Of a stretch of DNA of 64,000 nt, positions 20,583 through 27,784 are shown in pieces. The notes below the pieces were generated by a model. The model had not been told where the DNA came from, did no database searches, and saw only the letters and a program-made list of their open reading frames with translations. The first letter of the stretch is position 1. Every line of letters starts with the position of its first letter. Location: the IMG/VR virus record IMGVR_UViG_3300001199_000005, positions 32,001 to 96,000 of that record. One strand, 5' to 3'. Made by a program: the position numbers and the translations under genes. Origin of the DNA: a virus.

Positions 20583-22381
20583 ATATTGAATTTTTCTACA
20601 ACAACTTTTACTTCGTCGTAGGCATTATTTCTATATGAAATATCTAACGCTGTATAAGGATTAAGAATATCCCAATCTTTTACATTCATAACTAGTTTGG
20701 TAATGTTCTCCACTTGACCAGGAACAAAAATAAGTCCAGGAACTTCTTTGAAATCTCTTACATCCCTGTTTTGTCCAACATCCATCAAGACAACAAGTTC
20801 TGGTCTGTAGCCAACTTCTACCTCCATAATCTTCATGGCTGCGTCAAATGAACGAACCACGTCACGCTCATTATTAAAGTTACCATCACTGATTAATAAC
20901 CAGATTGGATATGAACTAAGTAGTTCTCTAATACTATCCCTTTCAGCAAGACTGGCTGTTTTCATTATACCGTGTATAGCTTCGCCAATAGAAGCTAAAT
21001 TAGTACCATTCCCAGTTTGAATAGCTGATAAGAAACCACTTAACTGCTTATAGTTCTCCAACAAAGACTTTCTTTTATCTACCAACGGCTGTTTTGCTGC
21101 TTGCACAGCTTCACCAAATCTAGTAGCTTTCTTGTCAACGTAGGAAATATATCTAGCCTTATCAGAAAATGTCCAGAATCCTGAATCAGTTTCGGTCTTT
21201 AGCAGAACAATGGTAAGTAAAAACTTAGCAACATCAATAGGCTTAATGGAGCCACTAGAACCACCATACATAGAGCCACTATCATCAACAAACACCATTA
21301 CTTTATCAGTACCTAGCTTAACAGTCTTCAAATACTCTTCAGCAGCAAGAGCGTCCACAGTTTCAGTTCTTAAAGCTTCTAGTATTGTTTTTGTATTATA
21401 TACACCACGACTAACTTTAGCTTCTTTCTCTAATTGCTTTAAGTTGATTTGGTCGGTCAAAGATAACTCTTTGCCTTCGTTATCAGCTTTAAAATCTCGT
21501 AGTGTTTGATTGCTTTTCTCTTTCGATTCTTGCCATTCTTTGAAAATGTCAATCATAGGAGTATCTACAATCTTCCATAATTCAGGCTGTTTAACTATTC
21601 TATTATAGACTCGTTTTCTAGCACCACCAGTAAGGTGGTCAAGCCAAGTCAAGAAGTCTTGTTTAGTAAACTTAAGTATTTCCTTAGTAGAAAACATTAC
21701 TGACTCTAACTGCTTGTTATGTTCTTTCTTAAACTCTTCGGCACCGATATACCTAGTATTCTTAGGATAATATTTAATATCCCAATTCATTACTGAACTA
21801 AGCTCAATAGCGAACTTATGTTTTAGTCTTTGAGCGGTGACAGAGGCCTTTGACCTAGCTACTTTGATAGTCTTATCTTTTAACTTCCTCTTAGGCTTTG
21901 AATGAGGAAGTACTAACTGTTTAGCAGCTATTACTCTTCTCATAGGATTGCCCTTAACCCAAGCAGCGAATATTTTTGCCTGTGTAGCTAAATCATAGAT
22001 ATTGTTTCTATCTGTGGTTACATAGTATAGCTCTGATAATGAGGTGAACTCAATCAATACACGTACTATTGCTTCCAAGAATTCAGGTTTGTCTATAAAT
22101 TTAACAAATATCCAGTTAAATATTACTTGTCCTGACTTTCTATTAGCGTAACCACCAATAGTTCTTTGACTTTTCGCATAAATCCAATGCTGTCTATTTG
22201 TAATTGCAATACATTCTGCTAGTAATACAAAGAACAATTGTTTGTGCTCTTTAGTAGTACATTCATGCCAAGCATTAGTAATATCTGATTCTGAAATCAA
22301 ATCTTTACCTATTGCGTTTGATAATACCAGTAGTGCTGGTTTGTTATCAAAAGGGGTCTTTTTTTGAGTTAGTGTTACCAT
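20579..22381 (-). CDS. TROVE/Ro60-like (DUF2828-type) protein with C-terminal vWA domain
   Basis: 600 aa; basic helical N-terminus with RTIGGYANR; MIDAS VDDSGSM, TFS, GNGTN, LISDGNF; lies downstream of Y-RNA-like genes. Confidence 0.7.
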   Translation of the reverse strand: MVTLTQKKTPFDNKPALLVLSNAIGKDLISESDITNAWHECTTKEHKQLFFVLLAECIAITNRQHWIYAKSQRTIGGYANRKSGQVIFNWIFVKFIDKPEFLEAIVRVLIEFTSLSELYYVTTDRNNIYDLATQAKIFAAWVKGNPMRRVIAAKQLVLPHSKPKRKLKDKTIKVARSKASVTAQRLKHKFAIELSSVMNWDIKYYPKNTRYIGAEEFKKEHNKQLESVMFSTKEILKFTKQDFLTWLDHLTGGARKRVYNRIVKQPELWKIVDTPMIDIFKEWQESKEKSNQTLRDFKADNEGKELSLTDQINLKQLEKEAKVSRGVYNTKTILEALRTETVDALAAEEYLKTVKLGTDKVMVFVDDSGSMYGGSSGSIKPIDVAKFLLTIVLLKTETDSGFWTFSDKARYISYVDKKATRFGEAVQAAKQPLVDKRKSLLENYKQLSGFLSAIQTGNGTNLASIGEAIHGIMKTASLAERDSIRELLSSYPIWLLISDGNFNNERDVVRSFDAAMKIMEVEVGYRPELVVLMDVGQNRDVRDFKEVPGLIFVPGQVENITKLVMNVKDWDILNPYTALDISYRNNAYDEVKVVVEKFNI

Positions 22382-22597
22382 ATTTTCCTATTGTTAAATG
22401 TAAATGTACTTGATTTTTCTGAAGAGTCTGTACTCTGCTGAGTCACTTTCTCATTAAGGAGTTCAACAAACTTACTAAAAGATATTTTTTCTCTGTGAAG
22501 TTGGTTAAACCAATCTCTTACTTGAGCTACTATAAAAATTTTTTTCATTCTAATATATTATAAATATTGTCTACTTGAAATCCAGCAGCCTTACAAA

Positions 22598-22906
22598 TCA
22601 TTTTTTTTCAAGTTTTGGATTATGAAATATTTTAACTGATTCAGCAAGTGCATCTATAAGTTCGTCTTCTCTAAATTTTAGCAAAGTTGTGCTTACATTG
22701 ACAAGCTTCCAGAACTTTGCATTAATATCGTATATAGAAGGTTTCTCAATTAAATATAATCTACATTGATAAAATACTTGAGTACCTGCATAACAGGTAT
22801 TAGTTTCTACATCCATTACTTCTAATAATTGGAATGAATCTTCCTCAAAGACAAGGTGTTTCTTTTGTACTAAATCACCTATTGAATACTTGGTTTTAAT
22901 GTCCAT
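22598..22906 (-). CDS. Hypothetical protein
   Basis: 102 aa, MDIKTKYSIGD-type phage N-terminus. Confidence 0.6.
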   Translation of the reverse strand: MDIKTKYSIGDLVQKKHLVFEEDSFQLLEVMDVETNTCYAGTQVFYQCRLYLIEKPSIYDINAKFWKLVNVSTTLLKFREDELIDALAESVKIFHNPKLEKK

Positions 22907-22920
22907 ATTTTTATTTTAGA

Positions 22921-22960
22921 TAAAAAAAAATAAGCCTGCCGTTTTTACTTCAGCAGGCTA
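22921..22960 (-). terminator. Intrinsic terminator ending the small-RNA array
   Basis: AGCCTGC/GCAGGCT stem followed by a T9 run. Confidence 0.75.
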
Positions 22961-22968
22961 TGTAAGAA

Positions 22969-23061
22969 GACATACTATAAGGCGGATTCGAACCGCTTTC
23001 TTCTGATTTCAAGTCGGACGCTATACCAAAATAGCAGCTGTTAATGAGTTGTGAGTATGTC
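22969..23061 (-). ncRNA. Array unit H: closing stem + CACAAC + D arm, Ser(UGA)-type anticodon arm and T arm; no acceptor stem
   Basis: GACATACT/AGTATGTC; TCCGA-CTTGAAA-TCAGA; GCGG-TTCGAAT-CCGC. Confidence 0.75.
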
Positions 23062-23070
23062 AAAGGCTGA

Positions 23071-23125
23071 AGCTTACTATTATTTTAAACGGACTGTTAT
23101 TTTTTTGTATAGTTGTAAGTAAGCT
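23071..23125 (-). ncRNA. Array unit G: minimal unit with no clear tRNA part
   Basis: AGCTTACT/AGTAAGCT + TACAAC; A-rich insert with weak AAC-AGTCC-GTT hairpin. Confidence 0.65.
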
Positions 23126-23156
23126 GAGTATCTATAATTTTTTTTAGTCTAGGAAA

Positions 23157-23222
23157 AGAATTCTATATTGGTCAATTTAAAAGGTTGATGCTCTACCGAG
23201 CGGGTAAAGTTGTAAGAATTCT
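23157..23222 (-). ncRNA. Array unit F: D-like hairpin + Lys(UUU) anticodon arm
   Basis: AGAATTCT/AGAATTCT + TACAAC; GCTC-GGTA-GAGC; TCAAC-CTTTTAA-ATTGA. Confidence 0.75.
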
Positions 23223-23231
23223 AAAGAAGTA

Positions 23232-23293
23232 AGCATACCATATTGGTCAATTTAGCAGATTGGTGCCCGAAGGCTCTAAGTTGTAGGTATGCT
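23232..23293 (-). ncRNA. Array unit E: UUCG hairpin + Ser(GCU) anticodon arm
   Basis: AGCATACC/GGTATGCT + TACAAC; GCC-TTCG-GGC; CAAT-CTGCTAA-ATTG. Confidence 0.75.
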
Positions 23294-23324
23294 GAATATC
23301 TATTATTTGAAATAGTCTAAGTAA

Positions 23325-23380
23325 GACATGCTTTTTGTTTGGCAACATTATCAGTGTTTATTTTTAGTTGTAAGCATATC
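23325..23380 (-). ncRNA. Array unit D: isolated Ile(GAU) anticodon arm
   Basis: GATATGCT/AGCATGTC (one U-G pair) + TACAAC; AACA-CTGATAA-TGTT. Confidence 0.75.
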
Positions 23381-23394
23381 GAAAGTCTTGAATA

Positions 23395-23461
23395 AGAACA
23401 CTATAGTTGTCAAAAACCAAAATTTGATGCCCGAATAGGCGTTTTTAGTTGTGAGTGTTCT
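23395..23461 (-). ncRNA. Array unit C: small hairpin + probable Gln(UUG) anticodon arm
   Basis: AGAACACT/AGTGTTCT + CACAAC; GCC-TATTCG-GGC; TCAAA-TTTTGGTT-TTTGA (8-nt loop, register ambiguous). Confidence 0.7.
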
Positions 23462-23473
23462 GAATGTCTGAAA

Positions 23474-23569
23474 GAAGTACTATAATTTAAACACCCAAGG
23501 ATTTCTCCTGCAGAGTATTATTGGAATCGAACCAATTTTAACCATTTTGTTAATGATTGTAAGTACTTC
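23474..23569 (-). ncRNA. Array unit B: T arm followed by a capped acceptor-like stem
   Basis: GAAGTACT/AGTACTTC + TACAAT; ATTGG-TTCGATT-CCAAT; ATACTC...GGGTGT enclosing AGGA-GAAA-TCCT. Confidence 0.7.
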
Positions 23570-23583
23570 AATATGTCTTGAAA

Positions 23584-23697
23584 AGAATACTATTATCCTG
23601 CTTTCGCAGTCTATACAGGAGTTGAACCCGTTACTGATTGATTATAAGTCAATTGCTCTACCAGATGAGCTAATAATTAATGAGTTGTAAGTATTCT
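23584..23697 (-). ncRNA. Array unit A: D arm, Ile(UAU) anticodon arm, T arm and GAAA hairpin; no acceptor stem
   Basis: AGAATACT/AGTATTCT + TACAAC; GCTC-ATCTGGTA-GAGC; ATTGA-CTTATAA-TCAAT; ACGGG-TTCAACT-CCTGT; CTGC-GAAA-GCAG. Confidence 0.78.
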
Positions 23698-23703
23698 GTT
23701 TTG

Positions 23704-23802
23704 TGCGGAAAACTGGGGTCGAACCAGTAGAACATATTTCGCTTTAGTTTGTCGAGGTCTAAAGCCTTTGAAATACTGCTTTGCCAATTTGCATATTTCC
23801 AC
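23704..23802 (-). ncRNA. tRNA-like RNA (Leu-like body) with greatly extended anticodon arm
   Basis: Acceptor GTGGAAA/TTTCCGC + A; D arm TGC-AAATTGGCAAA-GCA; T arm ACTGG-TTCGACC-CCAGT; anticodon arm GTATTTC/GAAATAT + GCTTTAG/CTAAAGC. Confidence 0.7.
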
Positions 23803-23808
23803 ATTTTT

Positions 23809-23852
23809 AAAAAGACCTGCCGTGTTTCAATATCCTTCGACACGGCAGGTTT
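23809..23852 (-). terminator. Intrinsic terminator after the YrlA-like RNA
   Basis: ACCTGCCGTGT/ACACGGCAGGT 11-bp stem + CTTTTT. Confidence 0.75.
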
Positions 23853-23854
23853 GT

Positions 23855-24000
23855 GCAGCGCATCTTTTAGAAAGTTTAATGCTGATGTATCCAAACGTTC
23901 TACCATTTAAACTACTCACCCTTGTTGTTATTGTTTTTGAGGGCAAGAGGGGGCTCGAACCCCTAATTTTTTGGAGGTCTGACTTTCTATATGCAACTGC
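23855..24000 (-). ncRNA. Circularly permuted tRNA-like RNA on a long bulged stem (YrlA-type Y RNA architecture)
   Basis: Order: long stem 5' strand, T arm AGGGG-TTCGAGC-CCCCT, loop-closed acceptor CTTGCCC/GGGTGAG, D arm GTTT-AAATGGTA-GAAC, long stem 3' strand. Confidence 0.8.
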
Positions 24001-24088
24001 TGATAAAGAATAAGCTAAGGCTATCGTTCAACACTAACTACGACAATTTAAACGTTAGGGTGAAGTTTAGACTGAAGCTTAAACGGTC

Positions 24089-24889
24089 TTAAATCTTACC
24101 TCGATGGAGATAAGAAAATATTTTGTTTGCTGTCATTTCTGATTCAACTGCTACAACATCATTAGCAACTTTTAATGCTTCTATAACTGCTGTTAATAAT
24201 CGTGAACGACGAGCAAGGATTTCTGCTCTTTGTGTATGTGTGTATTCTCCTGAAAAACGTTGATGTGAGTAATCACCAAGTTCCAAAGTATTATCTTTTG
24301 TAGCCACCATTGGAGTATACTTAGTGCTAGCATTCTCAATTTTACCAATATTAGGGTCTGGTAAAATGTATTGCTCTTTCACAGTAGTCTTGGTAGTACC
24401 AGTACGTAAAGGAGTTTCGTAGACTGCTCTTGAAGAATACATCTCATTAGTAGTTGGGGCCCAAATCTCATCATCATTACGTACTGGAATATTCTCGTAC
24501 AACTCCTTTAAAGTGCCATTTTCCAACAGTGATTTCAAACGAAGTAACTCTAATGATGAGAATTCACCAAACAATTCTCCATCTACCTCTAACTTTGCCC
24601 TTACTATGCCTTTAGCATTAGTTGCTTCTTGTGCAAATAAAGCATTAATATAATCAGCAGAAGTCCTTTCTAGGAAGTCTAACTTTTCTGCCACAGTTGT
24701 TACTACCAACTTGTTAGAACGCTCGCTTGGAACATCCATAGTTCCTGGTTTTGGCTCGTAACTCTTGCGTTCCCCCTTGAAAGCACCTTGAGAACTTTTA
24801 AAGAACTTTACATAATCTGTAATCATTCCTTTAAATATTGTCGAAAGGTGGTCTGTTTTGGCTAACAGAGTGTTTAACTTTAAGTTCAT
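24089..24889 (-). CDS. Conserved-looking hypothetical protein directly upstream of the YrlA-like RNA
   Basis: 266-aa ORF with its own promoter motif. Confidence 0.7.
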   Translation of the reverse strand: MNLKLNTLLAKTDHLSTIFKGMITDYVKFFKSSQGAFKGERKSYEPKPGTMDVPSERSNKLVVTTVAEKLDFLERTSADYINALFAQEATNAKGIVRAKLEVDGELFGEFSSLELLRLKSLLENGTLKELYENIPVRNDDEIWAPTTNEMYSSRAVYETPLRTGTTKTTVKEQYILPDPNIGKIENASTKYTPMVATKDNTLELGDYSHQRFSGEYTHTQRAEILARRSRLLTAVIEALKVANDVVAVESEMTANKIFSYLHRGKI

Positions 24890-24939
24890 TTTTTGAAGTT
24901 TATAATTCTTATACTTATGTTTAGAACCTAACGATAGGA

Positions 24940-24969
24940 CAAAGTTAGTAATTATTGCTAATATACCAA
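24940..24969 (-). promoter_or_regulatory. Bacteroidota-type promoter
   Basis: TTG-N19-TAACTTTG about 50 bp upstream of the 24889 start. Confidence 0.6.
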
Positions 24970-24986
24970 CTAAGTCCTAGTTTTTT

Positions 24987-25418
24987 TTATTGGTTGATAT
25001 AGCTCTCCAACTCTTTGATACGTGTTTGGCGAGCTTCTGTGTTAGTAGTAAGCTCCAATGTTTTCAAAGTATCTAATTCAGCCTTCATTTCAGCTTTCGC
25101 TTTGGCTGCTTTCGCTTTATTAGCTACTTCAAGCGCTTCGTTATACTTATACTTAATCAGACCTTCTAGCAATATTTTCCAGGTCGCTGATGTTGAATTT
25201 GGGCTTGTTGGTTTTTCTTGTAGACCGGCTAGGAAACTTGAACGGCTTTCCTTTGCAATATGCTCATTTAAGCGAGACAAAATTGTATCCAAGTGTTCTA
25301 CGGACAAATCCAGCAGCTGCCAAGGTGTCACAGCTGAAGATAAATTCTTTAAAGTTGTTCCTTGTGGTAATGTGGCTCCCGCTATTGATAGGGAGAAGAA
25401 TGCTTCTGCTAAGTTCAT
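24987..25418 (-). CDS. Hypothetical coiled-coil protein
   Basis: 143 aa, Ala/Lys-rich C-terminal helix. Confidence 0.6.
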   Translation of the reverse strand: MNLAEAFFSLSIAGATLPQGTTLKNLSSAVTPWQLLDLSVEHLDTILSRLNEHIAKESRSSFLAGLQEKPTSPNSTSATWKILLEGLIKYKYNEALEVANKAKAAKAKAEMKAELDTLKTLELTTNTEARQTRIKELESYINQ

Positions 25419-25420
25419 TA

Positions 25421-25720
25421 TTAAGTTGATTTAAAGTTATTAATTGAGATAAAATACTCTATTGCGGAATGTGTCAATATGAACATTCCTAAATCTTGCC
25501 TTACAAATGTTTTTGAATAGTAAGGATTATGCAGGCTCAACGAAAGTTGGTTGTATAACCAAGGTAAATGATTCTTGATTAATAACACTACTTTAGCGTA
25601 CTTAATTTTCTTAGCGCCTTTCATGTAAGCTAACCATTGTTCAGCTGATATGTTAGAACAATTACATTTTAAAGTTATACCGTTAGTATCAGCTAAATCA
25701 AGTAATTCTTCTTTACTCAT
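25421..25720 (-). CDS. Hypothetical protein
   Basis: ORF 25421..25771; ATGA overlap favours a start at 25720. Confidence 0.55.
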   Translation of the reverse strand: MSKEELLDLADTNGITLKCNCSNISAEQWLAYMKGAKKIKYAKVVLLIKNHLPWLYNQLSLSLHNPYYSKTFVRQDLGMFILTHSAIEYFISINNFKST

Positions 25721-26169
25721 GCTTGTAGTTTTATTTTTTCCATAACAACATCTGTTAACAATTCTCTGCAAATGTCCGCAGTTTCCTTTTGGGAGGTGGC
25801 ATAGTCGGCATCAGCGGCATAGGTGGCATAGGCGGCGGAGGCGGCGGCATCAGCGGCATAGGCGGCGGCATGGGCGGCATAGGCGGCGGCACTAGACAGC
25901 TCTTCATCGCCTATTTCTCCGTTCCCGTACCTTTCGCAAGCTATCAACGCATGTATGGACGCGTTATCCGCCATCTGGTGTTTAACAGTTGCGGCACACC
26001 TGCCCGCGGTCTTGACAATGAGCCGCTTGTCTATCGACAATTTGCTCGCAAACCACAGCATCCAGTCGCCTCTGCGGCAACTACACCAAGCATGTTTAAA
26101 AGAAGGCTGCTCATTATACCATTCTAATCCATCTTCACATGGGCCATATTTTGTTATATCAAATGTCAT
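25717..26169 (-). CDS. Hypothetical protein with AAAYAA low-complexity tract
   Basis: CRRGDWMLW motif and Ala-rich repeat; locally high GC. Confidence 0.65.
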   Translation of the reverse strand: MTFDITKYGPCEDGLEWYNEQPSFKHAWCSCRRGDWMLWFASKLSIDKRLIVKTAGRCAATVKHQMADNASIHALIACERYGNGEIGDEELSSAAAYAAHAAAYAADAAASAAYATYAADADYATSQKETADICRELLTDVVMEKIKLQA

Positions 26170-26423
26170 TTCTTTTCTAAGTTATGTAATCTCCAATGTG
26201 TTACGATTGTATCTTTGCCTAAAGCTCTTAAGCTTTCTAATTTAGAATCGTGGGAAAAAAGAATTAATTTTTCTTTATAATACACTTTAAGTGCATAATC
26301 TCCCCAAATGGTTCTGTTGTACTCGATTAAGTAATCACCTTGCTTTTCTTTAGTTGTTCTAAAATAAATACTAAGCAGGTATATTATAAAACCAAGTATT
26401 AAAGCTATTATTATTGTTACCAT
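26166..26423 (-). CDS. Hypothetical protein with N-terminal membrane segment
   Basis: 85 aa. Confidence 0.55.
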   Translation of the reverse strand: MVTIIIALILGFIIYLLSIYFRTTKEKQGDYLIEYNRTIWGDYALKVYYKEKLILFSHDSKLESLRALGKDTIVTHWRLHNLEKK

Positions 26424-26662
26424 TTTTCAACTTTTAGCACTCTTTTATCTAAACAATGTCCTAAAGTTAATCCTTCTGTTAAAAGATTGCTTACTGTAAC
26501 TTCTGGTAATGTCCCATTGTCATATAATCTCTTCTCCCAAACTTGTAGATGTCTGTCCATATAAAATATGACAAACTTAAACAGTTCCATAGCACCATCA
26601 AACTTATAATTGTTTGTTACTGTGCCAGCTAAAGAGCTAACAGTTTCAGTTATTTTGTACAT
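26417..26662 (-). CDS. Hypothetical protein
   Basis: 81 aa. Confidence 0.55.
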   Translation of the reverse strand: MYKITETVSSLAGTVTNNYKFDGAMELFKFVIFYMDRHLQVWEKRLYDNGTLPEVTVSNLLTEGLTLGHCLDKRVLKVEKW

Positions 26663-26823
26663 CTTTATAAATTAAAAGCGCAAGTCCAAAGTCAGATACT
26701 GCTAGTATTATGTAAACAATAGCTAAATCAATTCCTTTGAAGTAATTGAAGTCTAAAGTATATAAGGACATTAATACTGATGGTCCGAATATACAACAAA
26801 ATATTTTTAGTAATTTCATAATT

Positions 26824-26857
26824 AAAAGAACTCCTCCTGAGTAACATCAGGAGGAGG
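26824..26857 (-). terminator. Intrinsic terminator
   Basis: CTCCTCCTGA/TCAGGAGGAG stem + TTCTTTT after the 302-aa gene. Confidence 0.75.
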
Positions 26858-26865
26858 TTTTGTTT

Positions 26866-27774
26866 TTAAGCTGCGACTTTCGATTTCTTTTCTTTTTTCG
26901 TTTTCTTTGCTTGTGGTTCAACCACATCAGCAACAACAGGGTTTTCAATTTCGCGTGGCTCTGTTACAATGATAGCAGTAACAGATTCAACAATTTCGAA
27001 TTCAGCATCTTCAGCTTGAGGTTCTGTTGACTCTGTAACTATAGGCACAACTTCAGGAACAACTTCGACAATTGTTTTCGCCTTGATAGAATCCATAATG
27101 TCTTTTACCAATTTGTGTGGCTCTGCTTTCGCTTTAGCTGCAACTTCGACTATATGTTTTGCAGTTGCAACTGTTTCTGCTTTGATAGCCTCTTTTAGCG
27201 CATACTCAATTTTCCTGCGGTTGTTGTCTGCCGCCCTACCCATGTCTGTAAGAGTATAACCCGCTTCTTGCGCCCTTAACTTTCTGCTAATCTCTTCTTT
27301 TTTGTCAAAAGATTTGATGGCAAATTCCAATTTAGCGCTTTCGTATAAGAAGCGTTCGTAAAGTTGTGGCAAAGAATAATCGGCAAAACCAGCGGATTTT
27401 GGCAAATCTTTATAGGAAGTTCTATCGAAATGAAATTCCAACGACCCTTCACAAATAGATTCGAAATACTGCTGAGTTTCTACCGAAGCAATAGTTTCGA
27501 AGGACAGTTCAACTAATTGTTGTTCTAAGATTTTTTTGTCGCCCGCTTCGTGATTCTTTCCTCTGAGAATTATACCGGCAAGATTGGCAGTATACTTCTT
27601 TCTGTACGTATCCAATCTTTGGATGTTGTCAGAATACTGTTTTACTTTGCCTGCTTCGGCACGTTCCTCATCTGTGATAAGTCCTGCTTTCACAGTGATT
27701 TGTTTGTTGGCGCTGTTGAAATCGGCTAAAATTGCAATCAATTCTGCTGATGATAAGTTCTGTAGATTTTTCAT
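26866..27774 (-). CDS. Hypothetical protein (helical, acidic/basic tail)
   Basis: 302-aa ORF. Confidence 0.7.
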   Translation of the reverse strand: MKNLQNLSSAELIAILADFNSANKQITVKAGLITDEERAEAGKVKQYSDNIQRLDTYRKKYTANLAGIILRGKNHEAGDKKILEQQLVELSFETIASVETQQYFESICEGSLEFHFDRTSYKDLPKSAGFADYSLPQLYERFLYESAKLEFAIKSFDKKEEISRKLRAQEAGYTLTDMGRAADNNRRKIEYALKEAIKAETVATAKHIVEVAAKAKAEPHKLVKDIMDSIKAKTIVEVVPEVVPIVTESTEPQAEDAEFEIVESVTAIIVTEPREIENPVVADVVEPQAKKTKKEKKSKVAA

Positions 27775-27784
27775 TTGTTTTTAA

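Noticed and set aside
22969-23697. CRISPR array interpretation of the repeats
   Set aside because: The repeats are not identical direct repeats. Each unit is closed by its own inverted 8-mer, inserts vary from ~33 to ~92 nt and are tRNA-like, and no cas genes are present.
23584-23697. Calling units A and H functional tRNA-Ile(UAU) and tRNA-Ser(UGA)
   Set aside because: The D, anticodon and T arms are present but there is no 7-bp acceptor stem or discriminator end; both are embedded in the array scaffold.
23670-24013. ORFs 23670..23906 (-) and 23768..24013 (+)
   Set aside because: They overlap structured RNAs and a terminator; probably spurious.
25795-25892. GC-rich GGCGGCATA tandem repeats and the Gly-rich + strand ORF 25789..26127
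   Set aside because: Explained by the Ala-Ala-Tyr low-complexity tract of the - strand gene.
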